64,000 nt of DNA. It comes from Candidatus Acidiferrum sp. (lineage in GTDB: Bacteria > Bacillota > Clostridia > Oscillospirales > Feifaniaceae). The DNA is taken from positions 4,887-68,886 of the forward strand of contig DATMZG010000117.1 in NCBI GenBank assembly GCA_035560415.1, given 5' to 3'. Numbering within the stretch: position 1 is the first letter of the stretch; each line of letters starts with the position of its first letter. Below are positions 10,172-18,557 of this stretch, piece by piece. Under the pieces are notes generated by a model, which was given only the letters and a program-made list of their open reading frames with translations, made no database searches and was not told the DNA's origin. A program made the position numbers and the translations under genes.

Positions 10172-10873
10172 ATGGGAATTTACGACAACGTCATGCGGGT
10201 GCGCGAGGGCATTGCGAGGGCGGCGGCCGCCGCGGGCCGGCCGAAGGGGGACATCACGCTGGTGGCCGTCAGCAAGACTTTCGGCGCCGATAAAATCAAC
10301 GAGGCCGTGGCGGCGGGGGCTTTGGACATCGGCGAAAACTATGTGCAGGAGTTCACGGAAAAACTCCCCCAAATCGATAAGTCGGCAACGCTGCATTTCA
10401 TCGGCCATCTGCAATCGAACAAAGTGAGACATGTCGTCGGAAAAGTGAAATATATCCAGTCCTGCGACCGCATGTCGCTGGCCGGGGAAATTGAGCGGCA
10501 GGCCGAAAAGCTCGGCATTGTTCAGGACGTTTTAATTGAGGTCAACGCCGGAAACGAGGCCTCCAAGAGCGGCGTTTCCATCGAGGGGGCGCAGGACCTC
10601 ATTTTTCAGCTCGGGGAGCTGCCCCACATCCGGGTTTGCGGGCTCATGGCCATTCCACCCCACAATGACGACCCCGCGGCCTCCCGCCTTCATTTTGAAA
10701 GATTATATCACTTGTTTCTTGACATAAGGGGCAAAAAAACGGATAATAGTACTAATCAAATGTCAATTCTGTCAATGGGCATGTCCGGCGATTATGAAGA
10801 GGCGATTCGGTGCGGCTCGAATATGGTTCGGGTCGGCACTGCCATATTCGGACAGAGGACTTATACGAAATAG
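10172..10873 (+). CDS. yggS: YggS-family pyridoxal-phosphate homeostasis protein
   Basis: 'VAVSKTF' (PLP lysine), 'HFIGHLQSNK', 'LSMGMSGDYEEAI..GS..VR.G'. Start moved to ATG 10172 behind RBS AGGGAGA (10158-10164); the track ORF starts at 10148. Confidence 0.85.
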   Translation: MGIYDNVMRVREGIARAAAAAGRPKGDITLVAVSKTFGADKINEAVAAGALDIGENYVQEFTEKLPQIDKSATLHFIGHLQSNKVRHVVGKVKYIQSCDRMSLAGEIERQAEKLGIVQDVLIEVNAGNEASKSGVSIEGAQDLIFQLGELPHIRVCGLMAIPPHNDDPAASRLHFERLYHLFLDIRGKKTDNSTNQMSILSMGMSGDYEEAIRCGSNMVRVGTAIFGQRTYTK

Positions 10874-10923
10874 GTATTTATACGAAGTAGAAACCACACG
10901 AAACTTAAGTTTGGAGGACGACA

Positions 10924-11397
10924 ATGGGACTTCTCGATAAGCTGAAAGATCTGATTGGATCAGAGGATGAGGAATATAACGAAGATGAGGACTTTTTTCC
11001 GCCCGACCGCGCCGAGACTAAGGGGGGGAGCGAGCCCATCATTCCCGAGATGAAGGAGGATAAGAAGCTGTCGGTCGTGGATAGTAAGAAAGCGGGCAAG
11101 GTTGTCAACATACATACGACGGCCCAGCTTCAGGTCATTCTGGTCAAGCCGGAGCGGTTTGACGATGCCGTCAGCATCGCCGACCACCTGCTCGACAAGC
11201 GCACCGTCGTCTTAAATCTCGAATCGACCAACAAGGACGTCAGCAGGCGGCTGGTCGACTTCCTCTCGGGCGTCGCCTACGCCGGCGGCGGCCAGATTAA
11301 AAAGGTCGCCAACAGCACCTTTATCATCACCCCCTACAATGTCAACATCATGGGGGACCTCATTGACGAACTCGAATCCACCGGGGTGTTTTTCTGA
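10924..11397 (+). CDS. sepF: cell division protein SepF
   Basis: 157 aa. C-terminal SepF core 'VILVKPERFDDAVSIADHLLDKRTVVLNLE...'. Sits between yggS and yggT. RBS GGAGGA. Confidence 0.85.
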   Translation: MGLLDKLKDLIGSEDEEYNEDEDFFPPDRAETKGGSEPIIPEMKEDKKLSVVDSKKAGKVVNIHTTAQLQVILVKPERFDDAVSIADHLLDKRTVVLNLESTNKDVSRRLVDFLSGVAYAGGGQIKKVANSTFIITPYNVNIMGDLIDELESTGVFF

Positions 11398-11660
11398 TGC
11401 TCGCAAGACTGCTCGTCGCCGCAAGCTGGCTCATCAGCATCATACAGTGGGCACTTGTCGTGCGCGCCATCGTCTCCTGGTTTCCCACCTTTCCGCCGTC
11501 ACAGGCCATTTATCAGGCCCTGTGCGTGCTGACCGACCCCATTGTGGCGCCGATCCGCGCAGGCCTGCGGAAAGTTCCGCAGCTGTCGCAGCTGCCCATC
11601 GACCTGTCGGTGCTCTTTGCCTATTTCGCGCTTGAACTGGTTCGAATTTTGCTCTTGTAA
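11397..11660 (+). CDS. yggT: YggT-family membrane protein
   Basis: 87 aa, two hydrophobic segments, 'IVSWFP...DPIV.PIR' signature. Start overlaps the sepF stop. Confidence 0.8.
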   Translation: MLARLLVAASWLISIIQWALVVRAIVSWFPTFPPSQAIYQALCVLTDPIVAPIRAGLRKVPQLSQLPIDLSVLFAYFALELVRILLL

Positions 11661-11776
11661 CGTCCTTTAATGCGGGCAAAGCCCCGCGCCGCCAAAAAGA
11701 AAGACTGCGGCGGCAAAAGTCGGCGCACCTCTGGGCGCGCCACTTTGGCAAACGAATAAGACGGAGGGGGTACAAC

Positions 11777-12625
11777 ATGCTTACGCCTACGGAGCTGAAG
11801 TCCAAGCAGTTTTCGAGGTCGCTTTTCGGCGGTTATTCCATGTCCGACGTGGACAGACTTCTCGACATACTGACTGTGGACTACGAAAAGCTGTATACCG
11901 AAAACGCGGAACTGAACAAAAAAGTGGAAAAGCTGCTTGACCGCCTCGAGGCTTATGAGGAGCAAGAGGAGTCCATCAAGGCGGCCATTTTAAACGCGCA
12001 GCGCATGTGCGACACCATTGTCAAGCAGGCGGGCCAAAAGGCCGAACTCATTGAGATAGACGCCAAGGCCAAAAGCGATAAAATCATGAAGTCAGCCGAG
12101 GAGACCGTGAAAATCAAAGAGCAGGAGCTCGACACTCTCCAGGCCGAAGCCGGGAAATTCCGCGAGAGGCTGGTCTCGATATACAGGGAGCATCTGGCCC
12201 TCATCACGGCGCTGCCGGTCTATGTGGAGGAAAAGCCGGCGCAGCTCGAGTCTTCACTGAGCGACTCCGACGCGCCGCAGTCCGAGGGGGACGAGGGCGA
12301 GAGGTCCGAGTCCGGCACCGCAGAGCCTTCGCAGCAGACTTTTGAGTTTGAACCGGAGGACGCGTCAGAAGAAACCGACAGCGAGAAGACGATGGTCTTT
12401 GAGCGTGTGTTCGATGGGCAAGAGCCCCTCGCGGGAGAGGGGGCGATACCCCCGACGGCAGCTAATCAGCCGCGTCCCATTGCGACTGACGTCGTGGAGC
12501 TCATGGCGGAAGAGGAGACCGAGGGGTATGACGAGATGACCCACCTCACGCTGGAGGACTCGCTGCAATTCGGCCCCGATTTCGATATTGTCACCGGTAA
12601 AAAAATAAACAAAGGAAATGGCTAA
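11777..12625 (+). CDS. divIVA: DivIVA-domain cell division/septum-site protein
   Basis: 282 aa. N-terminal 'LTPTELKSKQFSRSLFGGYSMSDVDRLLD' DivIVA motif, coiled coil, acidic tail. RBS GGAGGGGG. Confidence 0.8.
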   Translation: MLTPTELKSKQFSRSLFGGYSMSDVDRLLDILTVDYEKLYTENAELNKKVEKLLDRLEAYEEQEESIKAAILNAQRMCDTIVKQAGQKAELIEIDAKAKSDKIMKSAEETVKIKEQELDTLQAEAGKFRERLVSIYREHLALITALPVYVEEKPAQLESSLSDSDAPQSEGDEGERSESGTAEPSQQTFEFEPEDASEETDSEKTMVFERVFDGQEPLAGEGAIPPTAANQPRPIATDVVELMAEEETEGYDEMTHLTLEDSLQFGPDFDIVTGKKINKGNG

Positions 12626-15375
12626 TGGATTACAATAAGACGATCAATCTTCCGAAAACGGAATTTTCCATGCGGGCCGGGCTCCCCAAAAAGGAGCCCG
12701 AAATTCTCGAAAAATGGGCGCAGATGAAGGTCTTCGAGGGCATCATGGAGAAAAACGAGGGCAGGCCCCTCTATATCCTGCACGACGGCCCGCCCTACGC
12801 CAACGGCGACATCCATCTCGGCCACGCGCTCAACAAGAGCCTCAAGGACTTTGTCGTGCGCAGCAAGAACATGATGGGCTTCAAGTCGCCCTACGTCCCG
12901 GGCTGGGACACCCACGGCCTGCCCATTGAGAGCCAGGTCATCAAGAAATACGGCAGCGAGGTCATCAAGACCTCGCCGGTCGAGTTCCGCAAGGCCTGCC
13001 GGGAGTTTGCGCTCTCCTATGCCGCAAACCAGAGCACACAGTTCCAGCGGCTCGGAGTTTTGGGCGAGTGGGATAAACCCTACCTGACCCTTGAGCCCGA
13101 GTTTGAGGCCATGCAGATTCGGGTTTTCGGCGAAATGGCCAAGAAGGGCTATATTTACAAGGGGCAAAAGGCCGTCTACTGGTGCCCGCACGACGAGACG
13201 GCCCTGGCCGAAGCTGAAATCGAATACCACGACGACCCCTGCACCGCCGTCTTTGTGCGCTTCCCTCTGAGGGACGACAAGGGCAAAATTTTTGCGGCCA
13301 CAGGGCTCAAAGAGGTCGACGTCATCATCTGGACGACGACAGTCTGGACCCTGCCGGGCAATCAGGCTATCTGCCTCAACCCCGACCTCGAATACTCGGT
13401 CATGGAGAAGGACGGCCGCGGGTATCTCCTGGCAAGCGAACTGGCCGATGAGGTTTTGAAGCTGGGCGGCATTGAGGGCGCCAAGGAAGTCCTGCGCATG
13501 CAGGGCAGCGAGTTCGAGTATATGGTCGCCTGGCATCCCTTCATGGAGCGCGACTCCCTCATGATTGTGGGTGAGCACGTCAACCTCGACGCCGGCTCCG
13601 GCTGCGTCCACACGGCTCCCGGTTTTGGCCAGGAGGACTTTGAAATCTGCAAGAATTACGAGGGCATACCGGTCAACGTCTGCGTCGACGGCAAGGGCGT
13701 CATGACCGAGGCGGCGGGCCCTGTCTGCGCCGGCCTTTCGACCGACGACGCCAACCTCGCCATTTTGAAGCACATGCAGGCCACCGGCTCCCTCTTCCAC
13801 AAGCACAAAATTCTCCACCAGTACCCCCACTGCTGGCGCTGCAAGAACCCCATTTTGTTCCGTGTCACCGAGCAGTGGTTTTGCTCGGTCGACGGGTTCA
13901 AGGAGGCGGCGCTCGAGGCCATCAAGACCGTCAAGTGGTATCCCTCCTGGGGCGAGGAGCGCATCACCTCAATGGTGCGGGACCGCAGCGACTGGTGCAT
14001 TTCCCGGCAGCGCCTCTGGGGCGTCCCCATTCCGATGTTCTACTGCAAAAAGTGCGGCAAGGCCGTCATTGATGATATCACGGTCGACGCGGTCGCGAAG
14101 CTGTTTGAAAAAGAGGGCAGCGACGCCTGGTACGCGAAGTCTGCCGATGAGATTCTGCCAAAGGGCTACACCTGCGCCTGCGGCGGCACCGAGTTCACCA
14201 AAGAGACCGACATCATGGACGTCTGGTTTGACTCGGGCTCCAGCCACGCCGCCGTGCTTGAGACCAGAGCCGACCAGCGGTGGCCTGCCGACATGTACCT
14301 TGAGGGCAACGACCAGCACCGCGGCTGGTTCCAGTCGTCGCTCCTGACCGCGGTCGCCACCCGCGGCGCCGCCCCCTACCGCGAGGTGCTGACATGCGGC
14401 ATGGTGGTCGACGGCGAGGGCAAGAAAATGAGCAAGTCGCTCGGAAACGGCATTGCGCCGGAAGAGGTCATCTCGCAGTACGGCGCCGACATTCTGCGCC
14501 TCTGGGTCGCCTCGGCCGACTACACCGACGACATGCGCATCTCCCCCGAAATTCTAAAACAGCTCTCCGAGATTTACCGCAAAATCCGCAACACGGCGCG
14601 GTATATCCTCGGCAACCTCTACGACTTCGACCCGGCTGCCGACACGGTGGCCTATGAGGAGATGACGGAGCTCGACAAGTGGGCCTTAGTGCGCTTAAAC
14701 GAAGTCGTCGAAACCGTCAATAAATCCTATGACAACTACACCTACTACCTCATTTTCCACGCCATTCACAACTTCTGCGTCGTCGACATGTCGAACTTCT
14801 ATCTCGACGTCATCAAGGACCGGCTCTATTGCGAGGACGCCAAGGGCGAACTTCGCCGCTCGGCCCAGAGCGCAATGTACAAGATTTTGAAGGCCATCAC
14901 CCTCATGCTGGCCCCCATCCTCTCGTTTACGGCCGAGGAGATCTGGCAGTCCATGCCGCACGACGGCGGGGCCGACCCGCGCAGCGTCAACTACAACGAC
15001 ATCCCGAAAGCCGAAAAGCTAAAGGGCGTCGACATGGACAAGTGGGAGAAAATCCTCGCGCTTCGCGACGAGGCCAAGAAAGCCCTTGAAGACAAGCGGC
15101 TTGAAAAGGTCATCGGCTCCTCCCTCGACGCCAAAGTCGTGCTGACAAGGGACGCCGACTACGATTTTGTCAAGTCGGTGGAGGCCATGCTGCCCACCCT
15201 CTTCATCACTTCGCAAGTCGAGGTGAAAAAGGGCGAGTCCGCCTGTGAAGTGCTTGAGGCGGTCGGGGAGCGCTGCGAGCGCTGCTGGACCCACAGCAAG
15301 ACCGTGGGCGAGAACCACGAGCACCCCACCCTCTGCGCACGCTGCGCCGCCGTCGTGGAGCGCCATGGCGTATAG
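12625..15375 (+). CDS. ileS: isoleucine--tRNA ligase
   Basis: 916 aa. 'HDGPPYANGDIHLGHA' (HIGH), 'KMSKSLGN' (KMSKS), C-terminal Zn motif 'CERCW...CARC'. The ATG shares its A with the divIVA TAA (TAATG). Confidence 0.97.
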   Translation: MDYNKTINLPKTEFSMRAGLPKKEPEILEKWAQMKVFEGIMEKNEGRPLYILHDGPPYANGDIHLGHALNKSLKDFVVRSKNMMGFKSPYVPGWDTHGLPIESQVIKKYGSEVIKTSPVEFRKACREFALSYAANQSTQFQRLGVLGEWDKPYLTLEPEFEAMQIRVFGEMAKKGYIYKGQKAVYWCPHDETALAEAEIEYHDDPCTAVFVRFPLRDDKGKIFAATGLKEVDVIIWTTTVWTLPGNQAICLNPDLEYSVMEKDGRGYLLASELADEVLKLGGIEGAKEVLRMQGSEFEYMVAWHPFMERDSLMIVGEHVNLDAGSGCVHTAPGFGQEDFEICKNYEGIPVNVCVDGKGVMTEAAGPVCAGLSTDDANLAILKHMQATGSLFHKHKILHQYPHCWRCKNPILFRVTEQWFCSVDGFKEAALEAIKTVKWYPSWGEERITSMVRDRSDWCISRQRLWGVPIPMFYCKKCGKAVIDDITVDAVAKLFEKEGSDAWYAKSADEILPKGYTCACGGTEFTKETDIMDVWFDSGSSHAAVLETRADQRWPADMYLEGNDQHRGWFQSSLLTAVATRGAAPYREVLTCGMVVDGEGKKMSKSLGNGIAPEEVISQYGADILRLWVASADYTDDMRISPEILKQLSEIYRKIRNTARYILGNLYDFDPAADTVAYEEMTELDKWALVRLNEVVETVNKSYDNYTYYLIFHAIHNFCVVDMSNFYLDVIKDRLYCEDAKGELRRSAQSAMYKILKAITLMLAPILSFTAEEIWQSMPHDGGADPRSVNYNDIPKAEKLKGVDMDKWEKILALRDEAKKALEDKRLEKVIGSSLDAKVVLTRDADYDFVKSVEAMLPTLFITSQVEVKKGESACEVLEAVGERCERCWTHSKTVGENHEHPTLCARCAAVVERHGV

Positions 15376-15847
15376 GGGACGCAGGAATAAGGGCCGCGTT
15401 CTCAGCGGCGCCCTCATCGCAATCGGGGTTGTCCTGCTCGACAGGGTCGTCAAACTGTGGGCGGCGGGTCCCTTAAAGGAAAGCGGCTCCATTCCCCTCA
15501 TCAAAAACGTCTTTCATCTCACCTATGTGGAAAACCGCGGCGCCGCCTTCTCGATGCTGGCGGGCCACAGGTGGCTGCTCATCGGCATTGCGGCCGTCAC
15601 GGTCACGGCCATCATCTATGCGTTTTGTTCCCGCATGTACGCCCATCCGCTGACCGACATCTCGTTTCCGCTCGTGGTCGGCGGGGCCATCGGCAACCTG
15701 TGGGACCGGGTGACGCTTGGCTACGTCGTCGACCTCTTTGACTTTCGGCTCATCAACTTTGCCGTCTTCAACGTGGCCGACGTCGCCATCACGTGTGCCG
15801 CCGGCCTGCTCATGCTCTATGTCGTACTGACAGCGAAAAATGGATAA
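15365..15847 (+). CDS. lspA: lipoprotein signal peptidase (signal peptidase II)
   Basis: 160 aa from ATG 15365, the first plausible start inside track ORF 15245..15847. Motifs 'HLTYVENRGAAFS' and 'FNVADVAI'. Overlaps the ileS end by 11 nt. Confidence 0.9.
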   Translation: MAYRGRRNKGRVLSGALIAIGVVLLDRVVKLWAAGPLKESGSIPLIKNVFHLTYVENRGAAFSMLAGHRWLLIGIAAVTVTAIIYAFCSRMYAHPLTDISFPLVVGGAIGNLWDRVTLGYVVDLFDFRLINFAVFNVADVAITCAAGLLMLYVVLTAKNG

Positions 15848-16797
15848 TGGACAGTAAAACAACCGAAATCATAACCGAAACCAGACTGGACGTCGCCGTC
15901 GCCGCGCTGCTTGAAATAAGCCGCGCGGCGGCGCAGCGTCTGATCGTTGAAGGTATGGTGACGGTGAACGGCAAAGCAGCCCAAAAGGCCGGGTTGAAGC
16001 TCTCGCCCGGCGAGGTCATTGAGGCGGCCCTCCCGCCGCCCGCGCCGGACAGGGCAAAGCCGCAGGACATTCCGCTCACCATTGTCTATGAGGACGCGGC
16101 GCTGCTCGTCGTCGACAAGCCGCGGGGTCTTGTGGTCCACCCGGCCGCCGGAAACCCGGACGGCACCCTGGTCAACGCCCTCCTGCACCACTGCGGGGAC
16201 AGCCTTTCGGGCATAAACGGGGTCATGCGCCCCGGCATCGTCCACCGCATTGACAAGGACACCTCGGGGCTGCTCTTGGTCGCCAAGACAGACGCCGCCC
16301 ACCGCTCCCTTGCGGCCCAAATCGCCTCCCACAGCCTGCTTCGGGCCTATGTCGCCCTCGTCCATGGGCATTTGAAGGAGCTTCAAGGCGCCGTCGACGC
16401 CCCCATTGCGAGAAACCCGCACCGCCGCAAGGAGATGGCGGTCGTACCGGGGGGCCGCAGGGCCGTCACCCACTACAAGGTGCTCGAGGAGTACGAGGGC
16501 TTTTCGCTCCTCGAGTGCCGGCTTGAGACCGGGCGCACCCACCAGATTCGGGTGCACATGGCCCACTTAGGCCGCCCTGTCGTCGGCGACCCCGTCTACG
16601 CGAAGGACACACCCGACCTCGGCGGACAATTGCTGCACGCCGCCCGCATCGGCTTTCGCCACCCCGTCACCGGTCAGTGGTTGGAATTTTTGTCGCCGGT
16701 GCCGGCCTATTTTTCGCAGTACTTGACAAAACTGCGTTCCCGCAATATAATAGAGTGTAGTTCAATTGAATACCTTCAAGGGGTGCCAAGAGGCTGA
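15847..16797 (+). CDS. rluD: 23S rRNA pseudouridine synthase, RluD/RluA family
   Basis: 316 aa from ATG 15847 (overlaps the lspA TAA). S4 domain, 'HRIDKDTSGLLLVAK', 'GRTHQIRVH'. The last ~20 codons run through the thiT promoter and into the TPP aptamer. Confidence 0.9.
   Translation: MDSKTTEIITETRLDVAVAALLEISRAAAQRLIVEGMVTVNGKAAQKAGLKLSPGEVIEAALPPPAPDRAKPQDIPLTIVYEDAALLVVDKPRGLVVHPAAGNPDGTLVNALLHHCGDSLSGINGVMRPGIVHRIDKDTSGLLLVAKTDAAHRSLAAQIASHSLLRAYVALVHGHLKELQGAVDAPIARNPHRRKEMAVVPGGRRAVTHYKVLEEYEGFSLLECRLETGRTHQIRVHMAHLGRPVVGDPVYAKDTPDLGGQLLHAARIGFRHPVTGQWLEFLSPVPAYFSQYLTKLRSRNIIECSSIEYLQGVPRG
16723..16751 (+). promoter_or_regulatory. sigma-A type promoter for the TPP riboswitch and thiT
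   Basis: Perfect TTGACA (16723-16728), 17-nt spacer, TATAAT (16746-16751). Lies inside the 3' end of rluD. Confidence 0.65.
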
Positions 16798-16860
16798 GAA
16801 CGGTTTTTTAAACCGTAACCCTCCAACCTGATCCGGGTAATGCCGGCGTAGGGATGAGAG
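16770..16860 (+). promoter_or_regulatory. TPP (THI-element) riboswitch aptamer
   Basis: 'GGGGTGCCAAGAGGCTGAGAACGG...CCGTAACCCTCCAACCTGATCCGGGTAATGCCGGCGTAGGGA'. It carries the conserved GGGGUGC, CUGAGA, ACCC..AACCUGAUC.GGGUAAUGCCGGCGUAGGGA blocks in + orientation. A thiamine transporter lies downstream. Confidence 0.88.
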
Positions 16861-16863
16861 ATA

Positions 16864-16900
16864 GCAGGCGCGCCCGAAGGAGGGTGGCGCCGCTTTTTTA
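16864..16900 (+). terminator. possible riboswitch expression-platform terminator
   Basis: GC-rich imperfect hairpin 'GCAGGCGCGCC...GGTGGCGCCGC' followed by TTTTTT (16893-16898). The stem is imperfect. Confidence 0.4.
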
Positions 16901-17213
16901 TGCGGACAGCCGCCCCCAACCTGACCGATGCAACCCATACCCGTTTTTCAGGGGCGAAGCCGCCCCGGGGCGTCGTTGGCTGCCCTTGAAGGGCGCCAGC
17001 CCGTCTGCGGGCCGCCGCCTTGCCCCAAGACGGCTTTATCCCCTGAAAAATCTCCGACTTTCGCAGGAGCGGATTTTTGTGTCAGGCGAAATTTCCTGAT
17101 GCCGGCGGGCTGACGTCCGCCAAAGAGGAAAATGAAGCATGGCGCGAAGAGCGGCCCTGCGAAGGCGGGCCCCGGTTACATTGGTCAGGTCCAATCGGAA
17201 AGGAGAACTCTTT

Positions 17214-17807
17214 ATGAATCAGGCACAGACAAGCAAAACCCGCATCCTCGTGGAGTGCGGCATCATGATGGCATTTTCCATGGCGCTCTCCTATGTGAAA
17301 ATCTGGGAGATGCCGATGGGCGGCTCGGTCACGGCCCTCTCCATGCTGCCCCTCGTGCTGCTCGGCTATAAGTACGGCCTCAAGTGGGGGCTGACGGCCG
17401 GCGTCGCCTTCGGGCTGATGCAGCTCATGTTCCAGGCCAACTACCTCGTCGGCCTCTCGGCCTTCTCGGTCGTCGTCGCCGTCTTTTTCGACTACATTTT
17501 CGCGTTTGGCGCCCTGGGGCTTTCCGGCCTCATGAAGGGCAAAAAAGGCGGCTTTGCGGCCGGCGCCGCAATTGCGGTCTTCGCCCGCTTCCTGTGCCAC
17601 TTCGTCGTGGGCTTTGCGGTCTGGGCGGCCTTTGCCGACCAGGTGGCCCTCGAGGGCATGAACCCCGTGCTCTATTCCTTCCTCTACAACATCACTTACA
17701 TGGGCCCCGAATTCATCACGACGACGGCCGCGGCCTTTGTCATGCAAAAGTCGGCGCTCTCGTCGTTTCTCAAGGTCCCGGGCGGCATGGCCGCTCCCCA
17801 AAACTAA
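17214..17807 (+). CDS. thiT: thiamine transporter ThiT (ECF S-component)
   Basis: 197 aa from ATG 17214 (RBS AGGAGA at 17201-17206). Multi-TM 'ILVECGIMMAFSMALSYVKIWEMPMGGSVT'. Controlled by the upstream TPP riboswitch. Confidence 0.85.
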   Translation: MNQAQTSKTRILVECGIMMAFSMALSYVKIWEMPMGGSVTALSMLPLVLLGYKYGLKWGLTAGVAFGLMQLMFQANYLVGLSAFSVVVAVFFDYIFAFGALGLSGLMKGKKGGFAAGAAIAVFARFLCHFVVGFAVWAAFADQVALEGMNPVLYSFLYNITYMGPEFITTTAAAFVMQKSALSSFLKVPGGMAAPQN

Positions 17808-17855
17808 ATCACAGGCACAGCTCCATAGATGTATTTTTGGACTGCGGCAGCGGAC

Positions 17856-17952
17856 AAAGGCAGGCAGGGCATTTCGCCCGCCTGCCTTTCAGGCTGTCAA
17901 AAAAGTTACTTTGACAGCCTGATTTTCCCGGCCCTCCGAAAGGCCGGGAAAA
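17856..17952 (+). terminator. stack of three consecutive GC-rich hairpins after thiT (likely terminator)
   Basis: H1 17856-17889 'AAAGGCAGGCAGGGC...GCCCGCCTGCCTTT'. H2 17890-17921 'CAGGCTGTCAA...TTGACAGCCTG' followed by ATTTT. H3 17923-17952 'TTTTCCCGGCC...GGCCGGGAAAA'. Confidence 0.6.
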
Positions 17953-18088
17953 TGTGTGTAAAATCCTTATTTTTTAAGCATGTTTAAAAAATAAGGTCCA
18001 TTAAATGCCGCCCGCGAGCGCGAATTCACTTCGCGCGGCAAAGGCACCGCTCACTTGGCGGAAAACCCCCAGGTTTTTCGACACTCTG

Positions 18089-18120
18089 CAAAAGCGGCAC
18101 GACTTTAAGTCGTGCCGCTC
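18089..18120 (-). terminator. rho-independent terminator after the PPTase gene
   Basis: The minus strand reads 'GAGCGGCACGAC TTAAAG TCGTGCCGC TTTTG'. Confidence 0.55.
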
Positions 18121-18128
18121 TTTGTGAC

Positions 18129-18557
18129 TCATGGTATAAAGACAAGTTCAAAGGGCTCAAAGCCGGCCGCCGAGAGGGTGTAGGTCTCCCGCACGGCAGT
18201 GACATAATAGACCTCCCCGCCGTCCCCCGTGGGAATGGCCAGCATGTCCGACATGCCGAGTGTCCGCCCCTGCCGCATGTAGAGCTTTGCGGCGGCCTCC
18301 TTGCGGGTCCAAAGCGTGAAGAAGTCACCGGTCTCTTCCTCGGGGAATTTTTTGGCGACGTTGCGATACAGCGGCCGGTGGACTTCAAGGTCGACCCCGC
18401 AGGGGAAGGGGGCCCTCAGCACCGCGACATATCCGCCCGAGTGGGAGAGGCTGACGAAGGGGGAGCCAAATTCAAAAGTTTCGCCGAACAGGGTTTCCAC
18501 CGCCTCGTGGGAGGGGTGTTTCTCTCCGCAAAAGCCGAGATAGAGGTTTGCTTTCAT
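18129..18557 (-). CDS. 4'-phosphopantetheinyl transferase superfamily protein (short, Sfp-like C-terminal half)
   Basis: 142 aa. 'SLSHSGGYVAV', 'GVDLEVH' and 'WTRKEAAAK' match the PPTase signatures as I recall them. The ATG overlaps the rnr stop (ATGA). Confidence 0.7.
   Translation of the reverse strand: MKANLYLGFCGEKHPSHEAVETLFGETFEFGSPFVSLSHSGGYVAVLRAPFPCGVDLEVHRPLYRNVAKKFPEEETGDFFTLWTRKEAAAKLYMRQGRTLGMSDMLAIPTGDGGEVYYVTAVRETYTLSAAGFEPFELVFIP

Noticed and set aside
12622-13830. 402-aa minus-strand ORF opposite ileS
   Set aside because: Overlaps the unambiguous ileS gene (HIGH and KMSKS motifs). Low-complexity composition.
16854-17113. Short + strand ORFs (81 and 61 aa) in the thiT leader
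   Set aside because: Arg/Pro-rich, no RBS, located between the riboswitch terminator and thiT. Kept only as part of the 'unexplained leader' finding.
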